IMG/VR virus record: IMGVR_UViG_3300037400_002787
Location: 1 to 64,000 of that record
Length of the DNA: 64,000 nt
Source: a virus
Lineage: Duplodnaviria > Heunggongvirae > Uroviricota > Caudoviricetes
Reading direction: 5' to 3' (one strand)
The notes under the pieces were generated by a model that did not search any database, had not been told where the DNA came from, and saw only the letters and a program-made list of their open reading frames with translations. Below, one piece after another: positions 37,290-46,200 of this stretch; within the stretch, counting starts at the first letter, position 1; each line of letters starts with the position of its first letter. The translations under genes were made by a program, and so were the position numbers.

Positions 37290-37844
37290 ATGGGAGAGTG
37301 TACTGATTTCTTTGCACAGAAGAGAAGCCTTCTTGCGAAGCCTGGTGAGGAAGGACAACATGCTTTTTGGGAACATGATATTGGGTTCCTTAATAAGGCA
37401 TTCTGGTTTGATAGATTAATGTGGGATATGCCATCTTCATTGGAAGCCTCTGGAAAGGATAGAAAACTTATCAGGAGCGGCTTACATTCTGATTGTGAAT
37501 CACCACTGACAGTAGATTTCTTGAAGTATGTTATCACGAAACTCCAAGAGATGGACAAGAAGGTTCTCGGGATGCCCTGCGACCCGAAGACCGACCATGC
37601 AAGTTATGAGTTTAATCATAATTGCGATATGGTTTTCAACGGAACTACGAATGGAATAGCCATGATGTCCGCAGTGGCAGAGGTGCTTGGTACCCGATGC
37701 GACATAGATTTCACATACCCTTGGGAAGAAAATCAAGATGAAATAGGGTCGGTTGGAATTCAGCGTATGTTGCAGAGCGTTATTGATAGATACAATGAAT
37801 TGAACAAGGATGGGGATTGGATTTTGTATAAGACTACTGGTTGA
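37290..37844 (+). CDS. hypothetical protein
   Basis: SD aagaaggaggtctaacATG. AT-richer codon usage than neighbours. Confidence 0.5.
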   Translation: MGECTDFFAQKRSLLAKPGEEGQHAFWEHDIGFLNKAFWFDRLMWDMPSSLEASGKDRKLIRSGLHSDCESPLTVDFLKYVITKLQEMDKKVLGMPCDPKTDHASYEFNHNCDMVFNGTTNGIAMMSAVAEVLGTRCDIDFTYPWEENQDEIGSVGIQRMLQSVIDRYNELNKDGDWILYKTTG

Positions 37845-37877
37845 TTGTAAAAATGAGAAAACCGAAGGAAGTCTGAG

Positions 37878-38033
37878 ATGTTAGTGTCAGAACTAATTAG
37901 AAAGTTGGTGAACATTAATCGCCCCGATTCAGAAGTCATTATCGACTCTCGTTCTTGCGGCTATGATTTCGACGAAGTAACGGATGTCAAATCTATGGAT
38001 GTTGTGACCATTTATGGGGAGAAGGAGAATTGA
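37878..38033 (+). CDS. possible small protein (51 aa)
   Basis: SD gaaggaagtctgagATG. Stop couples to the next start (TGATATG). Confidence 0.3.
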   Translation: MLVSELIRKLVNINRPDSEVIIDSRSCGYDFDEVTDVKSMDVVTIYGEKEN

Positions 38034-38034
38034 T

Positions 38035-38571
38035 ATGTTTGTTGGGGGAATTACCAGAGAGTCTCTTGCAAAAGAGGCAAGACGGAAAAAAATGCTAGAG
38101 GAAATAGCACCGGCAAAAGACACACGCCCTTCTTGGAATACCTATTTTCTAAAGCTCGCAAAGGATGTCTCCGAGCGTAGCAACTGCTGCCGCCGCAAGG
38201 TTGGAGCGGTTATCGTCAAGGACAACCACATCATTGCTACGGGTTACAATGGTACACCCGCAGGAACCACCAACTGTTTCGACGGCGGCTGTCCTAGGTG
38301 CAACCACACCCACACAACAGGAGAGAAACTTGATGAGTGTCTTTGTGTTCATGCCGAGCAGAATGCGATATGCCAGGCGGCAAAGCACGGCAATGCCGTT
38401 GACGGAGGGCATATCTACATAACCTGCTCTCCTTGTCTTACCTGCTTGAAGTTGATAATCAATGCTGGCATCAAGAGAGTTGTTTTCAGCGAGTGGTACA
38501 AGCCTTTTAATGAGCAGGAACTAAACCTCATACAAGAAGCGAAACTTGAATATATGGAGTGCGTGAGATGA
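38035..38571 (+). CDS. dCMP deaminase (CDA-fold zinc deaminase)
   Basis: CVHAEQNAI (HAE) and PCLTCLKLIINAGIKRV (PCxxC) zinc-binding motifs. Confidence 0.8.
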   Translation: MFVGGITRESLAKEARRKKMLEEIAPAKDTRPSWNTYFLKLAKDVSERSNCCRRKVGAVIVKDNHIIATGYNGTPAGTTNCFDGGCPRCNHTHTTGEKLDECLCVHAEQNAICQAAKHGNAVDGGHIYITCSPCLTCLKLIINAGIKRVVFSEWYKPFNEQELNLIQEAKLEYMECVR

Positions 38572-39263
38572 CCAATAGACCTGGAATTATGGGGAGTATA
38601 ACTCCCCGCATGGGGATATTCGGAGGAACTTTTTCTCCTTTCACTGTTGCCCATAGAGCGATTGTCAAAGCATTTATAGGCACCTATCGTCTGGATGAAC
38701 TATATATAATTCCTACAATTGTTAATTATCATCGTGAGGGAAAAAACGACTTGCTTCTAGAAACGGACAAGGTGGAAATCATAGAGAGGATGTTAGACAC
38801 ACTCTCGCCGTTCTATCAGAGACGCATTTTTATAGACAAGAGCGAGTTTGCCTATAGAGACCTGTGCCTTGGTATGTCAGACGAGGCTTGGACCACACTT
38901 GTGGACGGACGAAGGTTTATTCATACTCTTCTAGACTTCAATGTGAGACATGGGATAGATAAAGATGTTTCCCGTCCTTATGTCTGTATTGGGACGGACT
39001 CCTTTGAGCATCTTGACCAATGGTATATGAACACGGAGATTGTGAAAATATGCAATCTTGTTGTTGTTCAGGGAAGGAACGATGTGTTTGTTTCCAGACC
39101 CAAAATCCCGCATACCGAATTTAGAATAGCCTATGACTACGAGAAGGTGTCGGCAAGCAAGATACGGGATAAGATGCGATGCCGCAACTGGAGTCACTAC
39201 ATAGCGGATGTCAAGAGACTAGACGAGGGGAAGACAACCCTTGCGGAATTAGGATGGATTTAA
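38568..39263 (+). CDS. nadD: nicotinate/nicotinamide mononucleotide adenylyltransferase (NadD/NMNAT family)
   Basis: GIFGGTFSPFTVAH (FGGTFDPVHYGH), CIGTDSFEHLDQW (IIGqDSL..F..W), VSASKIRDKM (ISAT.IRe.l). ATGA overlap with the upstream gene. Confidence 0.7.
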   Translation: MTNRPGIMGSITPRMGIFGGTFSPFTVAHRAIVKAFIGTYRLDELYIIPTIVNYHREGKNDLLLETDKVEIIERMLDTLSPFYQRRIFIDKSEFAYRDLCLGMSDEAWTTLVDGRRFIHTLLDFNVRHGIDKDVSRPYVCIGTDSFEHLDQWYMNTEIVKICNLVVVQGRNDVFVSRPKIPHTEFRIAYDYEKVSASKIRDKMRCRNWSHYIADVKRLDEGKTTLAELGWI

Positions 39264-39283
39264 CTCACCAAAAAAAACACAAT

Positions 39284-39751
39284 ATGAAATACATAAACCT
39301 CCGAATCAGCCCCAACAACAATAATGTTGAAGTTACCCGCGCCTGTTCGCACGGCGACTGCGACCAGATATTGAAGGGCGACGAGAACTACTGCCCGAAG
39401 TGCGGAAGCCCGTTGAAGAAACTCCCAGACCATCTCGACAAGGAGGCGATTATCGCCCTCGTCAACGAGAACATCGACAAACTGCCGAAGCCGCCAACGG
39501 CGGAATCTAAGGCAAACCTCGACGACCATTGTTCAACCACGGGCGGTATAGACGGACACGATGGGTGGACTGTGACCAACAAAGGAAAAGAGACTACGGA
39601 ATGTCCCTACGGCAAGGGTACTCCCGAAATATGCGGGTTCTGCACAAGCAAAGGCGCTTGCACCATAGGGGTTCTAACCTCGATGCCCCCGCAGTACGAT
39701 ATGTGTCCGTTTCGCGGGTCGGGATTCATTCGCTGCTCGGAAGCCGATTGA
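39284..39751 (+). CDS. Cys-rich zinc-ribbon protein
   Basis: Multiple CxxC pairs (CPKCG, CGFC). Confidence 0.45.
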   Translation: MKYINLRISPNNNNVEVTRACSHGDCDQILKGDENYCPKCGSPLKKLPDHLDKEAIIALVNENIDKLPKPPTAESKANLDDHCSTTGGIDGHDGWTVTNKGKETTECPYGKGTPEICGFCTSKGACTIGVLTSMPPQYDMCPFRGSGFIRCSEAD

Positions 39752-39777
39752 CAAAAACTCCAAAAAGGAACTTAGAA

Positions 39778-41016
39778 ATGGAATCCTACAAATTTAACCC
39801 TGAGCAAGCATTCAACACAATCTCCGACCACTGGAAGAAGTGGGCTACGGCACACGGCATGGAGCAGTGGGTGGTCGGCATCTCCGGCGGAGTTGACAGT
39901 TCCGTGACGGCAGCTCTCGCCGCCAAGATATTTGGCTACGACAATGTACTCGGAGTCCTTATGCCGAATGGAGAGCAGAAAGACATTGAGGACGCCAAGG
40001 ACATTTGCCGACACCTCAAAATAGAGTGGTGTACCGTCAACATCGGGAGGACTTATGAGGAACTTCTTGATGAGGTTGTGTTTGGTGCATTGAGGGCATA
40101 TGGCATCGAGAGGGCTTCTACCGACACCATCACGAATATGCCGGCGAGGTTGAGGATGACTGCCCTGTATGCTATCGCACAATCCACTGCCAGGATGGTT
40201 CTCAACACCTGCAACCTATCTGAGTCCACGGTGGGCTACGATACGCTTTGGGGCGACGATGCCGGTTCCTATGCCCCTATTCAGGGTCTTACAAAGACCG
40301 AGGTGATTGCCCTCGGCGACTGGCTCGGTCTCCCGCACAACTTCACCCACAAGACTCCGATAGATGGCTTGCAGCCCAAGACAGATGAGGAGAAACTCGG
40401 CTTCACCTATGCCGACCTCGACCGCTATATCCGAGAGGACATCGGCACTCCAGAACTCAAGGCGAAGGTCGATGACCTCTATCGCCGCAACAAGTTCAAG
40501 ACCGATATGATTCATATCGACGGACCGAACTTCTATGCACTCGCCAACTTCGTCCGATACAACAACCTGCCCGATGCAGAGAAAACAGTCAAGCAAGCAT
40601 TTGCGGATAATCTCGACATTGTAAGGCTTGAGCCAGAACCACGATACCCGGAGGATGCATGGATCAACGGGGAGAGAGACGACAACGACAATCCGAAGAT
40701 GCCGTTCATGGTTGCCGATGAAAAGGCACAGAACGGCTGGGTGTGGAAACTAGATGTCAACATCAAGACGGGCGAAGTCATCGGATGGCCGAAGGATGTC
40801 AAGGCAGAGGTTCATTACAAGGTTTGCGACTGCTGCCGCATCAAGTATAATGGAGAAGAATACTACGAATATGTACCCGACTTTCTTGAAATAGATGACG
40901 AGGGATATGGAGACTACATTATACTAACAATTGATGATGGCAAAATAGTCAACTGGAGCGAGTCCGACTGCCGTAAGTTCATCAATGATGTTCTCTTCAA
41001 AGACGAGGGAAAGTAA
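39778..41016 (+). CDS. nadE: NH3-dependent NAD+ synthetase with about 140-aa C-terminal extension
   Basis: PP-loop VVGISGGVDSS. GNxxARLRM-like block (PARLRMTALY), ESTVGYDTLWGDDAGSYAPI ([26 protein letters not shown]). Confidence 0.85.
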   Translation: MESYKFNPEQAFNTISDHWKKWATAHGMEQWVVGISGGVDSSVTAALAAKIFGYDNVLGVLMPNGEQKDIEDAKDICRHLKIEWCTVNIGRTYEELLDEVVFGALRAYGIERASTDTITNMPARLRMTALYAIAQSTARMVLNTCNLSESTVGYDTLWGDDAGSYAPIQGLTKTEVIALGDWLGLPHNFTHKTPIDGLQPKTDEEKLGFTYADLDRYIREDIGTPELKAKVDDLYRRNKFKTDMIHIDGPNFYALANFVRYNNLPDAEKTVKQAFADNLDIVRLEPEPRYPEDAWINGERDDNDNPKMPFMVADEKAQNGWVWKLDVNIKTGEVIGWPKDVKAEVHYKVCDCCRIKYNGEEYYEYVPDFLEIDDEGYGDYIILTIDDGKIVNWSESDCRKFINDVLFKDEGK

Positions 41017-41019
41017 GAT

Positions 41020-41388
41020 ATGAGCAATATGCTAGAACAGGTAAAAAGTAGGATAGCAGAGCATCGTTTGGCGGCTGACGACCTAAAGAAGATGTCATTG
41101 CAAAGTGACACTGCTAAAATGTTTAGGGATGCTTTTGTTGAAGAAGAGATGGCAATGGCAGATAAGTTGCAGTCTAAGTTGGAAAAGATTGAGGAAAGTG
41201 AAAGTCCGCAGGGGGTAATCTCTGGCGATAGGAACTGCGATAGATTCAATAGTGGGGATTTGAAAGCTGATTTCAATGCGGCGATTAAGTTTTATATGGA
41301 AGAGACAGGGAAGGTTGTGTACAATGCTTCACCCGGATATAATTCGTCTGGGGATTTCATAATTTGGCTTCTGTCTAGGCAACGTTAG
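41020..41388 (+). CDS. hypothetical protein
   Basis: 122-aa ORF. Confidence 0.5.
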   Translation: MSNMLEQVKSRIAEHRLAADDLKKMSLQSDTAKMFRDAFVEEEMAMADKLQSKLEKIEESESPQGVISGDRNCDRFNSGDLKADFNAAIKFYMEETGKVVYNASPGYNSSGDFIIWLLSRQR

Positions 41389-41392
41389 TAAA

Positions 41393-41683
41393 ATGAGATT
41401 AACAGAACTTACCCCCATATTCGTAGACCAAATCCCCGAAGAACTCGAGGATGGGAAAATATATGTCTGCCGTAAATACAAGACGGCAACACATCTCTGC
41501 GCCTGTGGATGTGGTAAAAAAGTTGTCACACCTTTCAAGGAAGGTTTTTGGACATTGACTACTAATGACATAGATAGCAAGGTGACGATGAGACCGTCTA
41601 TCGGGAACTTTGATATTCCGTGCAAGTCGCACTATTTCCTCACAGACAACAAGGTGGAATGGGTGTCAGTGGTCCGACCCTGA
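41393..41683 (+). CDS. hypothetical zinc-ribbon protein; 3' end and stop lie inside the IscB element left end
   Basis: CACGCGKK motif. Stop codon TGA falls within the LE hairpin ccgaccctgaagggttggg. Confidence 0.45.
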   Translation: MRLTELTPIFVDQIPEELEDGKIYVCRKYKTATHLCACGCGKKVVTPFKEGFWTLTTNDIDSKVTMRPSIGNFDIPCKSHYFLTDNKVEWVSVVRP

Positions 41684-41956
41684 AGGGTTGGGCTTGTAAG
41701 GGGAACCGAACAAGCCTGCGCTGACTAGGGGACTAGAAAGGAAACAGAGAAACAGAAATGATAGTAGCAGTTCAAGAGGAATGCATAGGCACCCGTGGAT
41801 GTTTGTCCAAGTCTGCGGCACTGCGGTGTGTGGTTAAACAAGCCTGCGAGGTAGGGCTAGTGCCACACACGATAAACCCTCTTGAACGCCCCGATGGGCA
41901 CCTAACCTCCCCGCAAGGGGAGTGACTTACCCTGAACAAGGGTCAAACCAAAAGCG
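41664..41956 (+). ncRNA. omega-RNA (HEARO-type) scaffold of IscB
   Basis: Non-coding GC-rich paired region directly upstream of iscB. Conserved in two orphan copies. Confidence 0.6.
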
Positions 41957-43222
41957 ATGACATACATAATAGACAGAGACGGGAAGCCATTGATGCCGAC
42001 GAAGCGCGGCAATATGGTTCGTCATCTGCTGAAGAGCGGTGTCGCCAAGGTGGTTCGTTACGAGCCATTCACGGTGATGATACTGCGCGATGTAGGTCAT
42101 TGCGTCCAAGCGGTGACGCTTGGTGTTGATGTGGGGAGCAGGCACATCGGGCTTTCCGCAACGACTGAAAAGAAGGAACTGTATTCCGCACAGGTGGAAC
42201 TAAGGGACGATGTGTCTAAACTTCTGACGGCTCGCAGGGAGTTTAGGAGGGCAAGGCGAGGACGCAAGCACAACTGGTATCGTCCAGCAAAATGGTCTAA
42301 CAGGGCGAATGAGGAGGGCAATGCCGCTCTTCCGCCGAGCATCAAGCACAAGGCTGAATCGCACATTCGGGCGATACGATTTATATGCAGGATGCTACCT
42401 ATTGGCAAGATAGTGGTGGAGATAGGGAAGTTTGATGTACAGAAATTGAAGAACCCCGAAATCCACAACGAGCAGTACCAACAGGGAACATTGGCAGGCT
42501 GGGAGAACCTGAAAGCCTACGCGAAGTATCGTGATGGCTACAAGTGTCGCGCATGTGGGAAGAGCAAACACAAGGATGGCGCGAGGCTTGAAGTCCACCA
42601 CATCATTCGCAAGGCAGATGGCGGTACGGATGTGCCAGAGAATGTAGTAACCTTGTGCGAGGATTGCCATGCGGCTCACCACAAGGGCGAAAGGAAGTTG
42701 AAGTTCCGCCAAGCGCCACAGCACAAGGCGGAAGCCCACATGAATGCGATGCGGAAGTATCTGATAGATGCTCTTTTCTGGTCTGGCAGGAGAATAGATG
42801 TGACCTACGGCTACAAGACGGCAATGGCACGGAGTGAGCATGGCATAGCGAAGTCTCATGCATCTGATGCATACTGCATAGCAGGGAACTTCAGTGCGGA
42901 GCGGAATGACTATAATATGTATCTTCACAAGTTCGTTCGCCGCCATAACCGTTGTCTACATAAGTTCACTATCTTAAAAGGTGGAATCCGCAAGGCGAAC
43001 CAAGCCCCAAAGTATGTGTTCGGTTTTCGGTTATTTGATTGCGCCCGATACAACGGGCAGGATTGCTTTGTGTTCGGGCGTCGGTCGAGCGGTTCTTTCG
43101 ACATACGGACGCTGGGGGGCAAGAAGATTTCGGCTGGGGTCTCGTACAAGAAGCTCAAGCCACTAACTAAGTCAACAACAATTCTAACAGAAAGGGGGAT
43201 GCGCGATTCCTCCCAACCCTGA
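41957..43222 (+). CDS. iscB: IscB (OMEGA RNA-guided HNH/RuvC nuclease)
   Basis: PLMP domain DGKPLMPT, RuvC-I LGVDVGSRHIGLS, Arg-rich bridge helix RREFRRARRGRKHNWYRPAKW. RuvC-II EIGKFD, HNH CRACGKS...HHIIRKADGGTDVPENVVTLCEDCHAAHH, RuvC-III SHASDAYCIAG. Confidence 0.85.
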   Translation: MTYIIDRDGKPLMPTKRGNMVRHLLKSGVAKVVRYEPFTVMILRDVGHCVQAVTLGVDVGSRHIGLSATTEKKELYSAQVELRDDVSKLLTARREFRRARRGRKHNWYRPAKWSNRANEEGNAALPPSIKHKAESHIRAIRFICRMLPIGKIVVEIGKFDVQKLKNPEIHNEQYQQGTLAGWENLKAYAKYRDGYKCRACGKSKHKDGARLEVHHIIRKADGGTDVPENVVTLCEDCHAAHHKGERKLKFRQAPQHKAEAHMNAMRKYLIDALFWSGRRIDVTYGYKTAMARSEHGIAKSHASDAYCIAGNFSAERNDYNMYLHKFVRRHNRCLHKFTILKGGIRKANQAPKYVFGFRLFDCARYNGQDCFVFGRRSSGSFDIRTLGGKKISAGVSYKKLKPLTKSTTILTERGMRDSSQP

Positions 43223-43250
43223 AGGGATTGGGTTTCCTCGCGCAGTTTCT

Positions 43251-43559
43251 ATGAAGGCGAAGAATCACAAGTCAGCATCTAAGGTCATAGCGGAACTTTG
43301 CGGCGACCCTTCGATAGAGAAGGAAGTCAAGTCAAGACTAAGGGCAAAGAGAAGTAAGCCTAAGAAAACCCGCATCATCATAGAACACGGCGACGAGCGG
43401 TACGAAGTAAAGTTCAACCGTGACTGTATGCGGACATGTTCTTTTGTTAAGCACACGCCATATGGTCCGTGCGAAAACTGTTGTTCTCTGCCAAGATGGT
43501 TTGAGAAAATCGTCCAGAAGTTTCCTGAATCACATCTGAAAAGGATAGACAAGGAATAA
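43251..43559 (+). CDS. hypothetical protein; start codon at the terminus of the IscB element
   Basis: ATG 43251 lies within the terminal tttctATG shared by all three elements. Confidence 0.45.
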   Translation: MKAKNHKSASKVIAELCGDPSIEKEVKSRLRAKRSKPKKTRIIIEHGDERYEVKFNRDCMRTCSFVKHTPYGPCENCCSLPRWFEKIVQKFPESHLKRIDKE

Positions 43560-43563
43560 AGAT

Positions 43564-44310
43564 ATGAGAAAACTACAGACATTCGACTTTGCCACTGTGG
43601 TATGTGACGGGTGTGCTTGTCGCCTAGACAGCAACTTCGATGGAGAATGGCTATATGACTATGCCGAACTTGTCGAAGATAAACTCGAAGATATGGACTG
43701 GCAGAAGGTTGACGAGAAGGACGACGATAGGTGGTTGTGTCCTAATTGTGCCAAGGACGAATCGCACCGCAAGCGCCCAGGCGAAGGGCGAATTATTATA
43801 GACAAGACCCCTATGTTTAGTTTGGCTTGTGATTTGTGCGGAAAGACCTTTGAGGATAGCGAGGGGTATTCCTTCTGGCAAGATGAGAGTTATATGCATG
43901 ACAATGCGGGTAATAATGAATGGATGGAAATCGGTGGGAAGTGGTACTGCCCGGATTGCTATTGTACCTGCCCTGCTATGCAGGACGAGGATGAGGTTAA
44001 CTGGAAAGAGAAGTATTGCAAGAAGTGTCCCTATGAGAAGGACTGTGGTGAAGTAGTGCCATTAGATAAACCAAACCCATCGTCCGAATGCAAGTATGCC
44101 TTTAGGGGCGAGGATGGGAACTGGAAGAGGTGTCCGCACTATAAGACATGCGACGGTAAGACATACCACCCAGATGAGTGTTGCCTTATCGCCAACGGCG
44201 GTGATGAGTGCCCTCGTGTAGCCTATTGGCGAGACAAGGGGATAGCAGAGCAGAAGGCAAAGAATGCCAAAGTGAGGGAAGAGTGCCACCTTGACCCAGA
44301 GGAGGATTGA
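43564..44310 (+). CDS. Cys-rich hypothetical protein (multiple zinc-ribbon-like CxxC pairs)
   Basis: 248-aa ORF with at least 10 CxxC/CPxC motifs. Confidence 0.5.
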   Translation: MRKLQTFDFATVVCDGCACRLDSNFDGEWLYDYAELVEDKLEDMDWQKVDEKDDDRWLCPNCAKDESHRKRPGEGRIIIDKTPMFSLACDLCGKTFEDSEGYSFWQDESYMHDNAGNNEWMEIGGKWYCPDCYCTCPAMQDEDEVNWKEKYCKKCPYEKDCGEVVPLDKPNPSSECKYAFRGEDGNWKRCPHYKTCDGKTYHPDECCLIANGGDECPRVAYWRDKGIAEQKAKNAKVREECHLDPEED

Positions 44311-44313
44311 GGA

Positions 44314-44565
44314 ATGTCTAATCCGTTTAAGATTCTACATGAAAGACACCCACGCATCTGGTGCGTCACCATTTTCGTGCCGATGGTCGTGATTACCATC
44401 GTCGCAGTGCCTATGGTATTCCTGTTTGAGATTATCGTGGACATACCAAGGATATTGAGCAATTTCTGGAGCGACATTCAAGGATTGTGGTATCGCCCAA
44501 TGAGATACTGCAAGGATGTAGTCGGTGGTGCTTGGAAGGTTTGGATGGAAGGATGGAAGAGATAG
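44314..44565 (+). CDS. small membrane protein
   Basis: TM VTIFVPMVVITIVAVPMVFLF. Confidence 0.45.
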   Translation: MSNPFKILHERHPRIWCVTIFVPMVVITIVAVPMVFLFEIIVDIPRILSNFWSDIQGLWYRPMRYCKDVVGGAWKVWMEGWKR

Positions 44566-44572
44566 AGCCGAT

Positions 44573-44602
44573 TTGACAACTGCAAGCCATAAATGCTATA
44601 AT
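44573..44602 (+). promoter_or_regulatory. sigma70-type phage promoter
   Basis: TTGACAactgcaagcc, N, TGCTATAAT. Confidence 0.65.
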
Positions 44603-44636
44603 ACGCATTGAAAAAACCTAAACAGGAGAAACAAAA

Positions 44637-45137
44637 ATGAAAAAGAAGGTCACACGGGAAGAGGTTCTTTCCTCAATCATCAAACTCATCAACGAGCATC
44701 GTGAAGATGTCGTGGAGGAAGATGCATCGCTTGGGCGTTTGCACATTGGTGTCCAGACGCTGATGTGGATGTATGACTGGCTCTGTGAAGAGTATTCCAA
44801 GGTCAATATGGAGCGACCTCTCGAGGAAGAACTGAGGACTCTTGTGCAGGGAGACACGCTTGGAAAACTGGCTGACATTGCCATGGCGCATATCAAGGGC
44901 GATGGTGAATACGAGGTGGAGGAGAAGTCCGATTCGCCCGATGAAAAAGTTTGGAGTGTCTGGATTCAGAAAATAGAAAAGGCAAATTCCTCGGAAGGCG
45001 TGAATGCATTGCGGGGACCAGAGGAGATGACAAAGGCAGAGTTCATGAAACAGTGCGAGGAGTTTTGGGATAACAGGGGGTCGCACTGTGATGACTTTGA
45101 GATTATGTCTATTAGGCTGACTGAGGTGACGGCATGA
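44637..45137 (+). CDS. hypothetical acidic protein
   Basis: SD aacaggagaaacaaaaATG. Confidence 0.5.
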   Translation: MKKKVTREEVLSSIIKLINEHREDVVEEDASLGRLHIGVQTLMWMYDWLCEEYSKVNMERPLEEELRTLVQGDTLGKLADIAMAHIKGDGEYEVEEKSDSPDEKVWSVWIQKIEKANSSEGVNALRGPEEMTKAEFMKQCEEFWDNRGSHCDDFEIMSIRLTEVTA

Positions 45138-45763
45138 GACGAATCTTCATTATCCGCAAAGACCTGCACCTCTCCCCCGGCAAACTCGCCGCTCAAGTGG
45201 GGCATGCGGCTGAACTCTACTGGATCAACATTCTCAAAAATGGCGGCTCTTACACCAACTATAGCAGAGACAATAATCCGACGGCCCAGTCTTTCGAGTT
45301 CTTTGTACCGTATGAAGTCTGGACAGACTACATTAACGGCATATTCACGAAGACCATCTGCGAGTCCCGCAACCTCAACCACCTTCTGAAAGCAAAGGCG
45401 ATAGCCGACGAGTTGGGGTTGAAAGAGAACGAGGACTACGGCTTCATAAACGACAAGTGCCTCACAGAGTTGAAGCCAGAGAACGAGGATGGCACGACTA
45501 CGGTAGGAATGTGGTTTGCACCTCTTGCGGACGAAATCGCCCATAAGATTAGCAAGAAGTTCCCGTTGTTGAAAGACCATGCCGATTTCAGAATCCCTCT
45601 CCGCGACCGAGAATGGACTATCAACTGGCACAAGTGCGGGGATGGGAAGGAATACACTTTTAAGACTCGCTGCCCCACAGAGATTGATGCGTTCAATGCT
45701 TTGCTCCAATCGGAGCCAGGAATGTGTGCTGGAGACATAATAGTTAACAGTCTCTATTCTTAA
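45134..45763 (+). CDS. PTH2-like peptidyl-tRNA hydrolase domain protein
   Basis: RRIFIIRKDLHLSPGKLAAQVGHAA resembles the PTH2 core V.VVR.DL.M..GKiAAQ..HA. Confidence 0.5.
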   Translation: MRRIFIIRKDLHLSPGKLAAQVGHAAELYWINILKNGGSYTNYSRDNNPTAQSFEFFVPYEVWTDYINGIFTKTICESRNLNHLLKAKAIADELGLKENEDYGFINDKCLTELKPENEDGTTTVGMWFAPLADEIAHKISKKFPLLKDHADFRIPLRDREWTINWHKCGDGKEYTFKTRCPTEIDAFNALLQSEPGMCAGDIIVNSLYS

Positions 45764-46200
45764 TGGAAAAAGCGAGAAAGGAAATGAACATGAAAAAAGC
45801 GAAAAAAGGAAAAGCGAAGCCAGATTCTACTAACAATCTTGGAAAGGTGGCTTTCGGGATGATGTCTTGCGCTGCTTCGGCGGCACTGGAAGACATTGAA
45901 GCGGGAGAGGGCAAAATGAAGAACACGCTCGCCAATCATTTCACGCGAGATTTCTTCTGCTCAGAGAAATATCACCGTGCTTGGTTGAAAGCCCTTCGCA
46001 AGGCAGTCAAGGAGTTTGCCAAAAACGACAAATCCGAAGGTGGGTCGCGAACGCGAAACCAGTTAAATGCAATTTACGATAGACGCGAGAAAGAGTTAAT
46101 CAACTTGAGTTGTAAAGACATCATGCGATTCGGGACGGTCAGGCGGTGGCTAAAAGAATTGCGCGACCTCTTCAGGGAACTCAATATTGAATTGACATGA
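45763..46200 (+). CDS. hypothetical protein
   Basis: TAATG overlap with the upstream gene. Confidence 0.45.
   Translation: MEKARKEMNMKKAKKGKAKPDSTNNLGKVAFGMMSCAASAALEDIEAGEGKMKNTLANHFTRDFFCSEKYHRAWLKALRKAVKEFAKNDKSEGGSRTRNQLNAIYDRREKELINLSCKDIMRFGTVRRWLKELRDLFRELNIELT

Larger units (their letters stand above)
41664..43253 (+). mobile_element. IS200/605-family IscB element (omega-RNA + iscB)
   Basis: LE hairpin ccgaccctgaagggttggg, about 290-nt structured region, iscB ORF. RE hairpin gcgcgattcctcccaaccctgaagggattgggtttcctcgcgc (43201-43243). Ends tttctATG. Confidence 0.8.

Noticed and set aside
44966-45709. 247-aa minus-strand ORF.
   Set aside because: Antisense to the PTH2-like gene and neighbouring + genes, with no start context. 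All other long minus ORFs (e.g. 60141-60767 opposite dnaN, 3429-4004 opposite flotillin) were rejected for the same reason.
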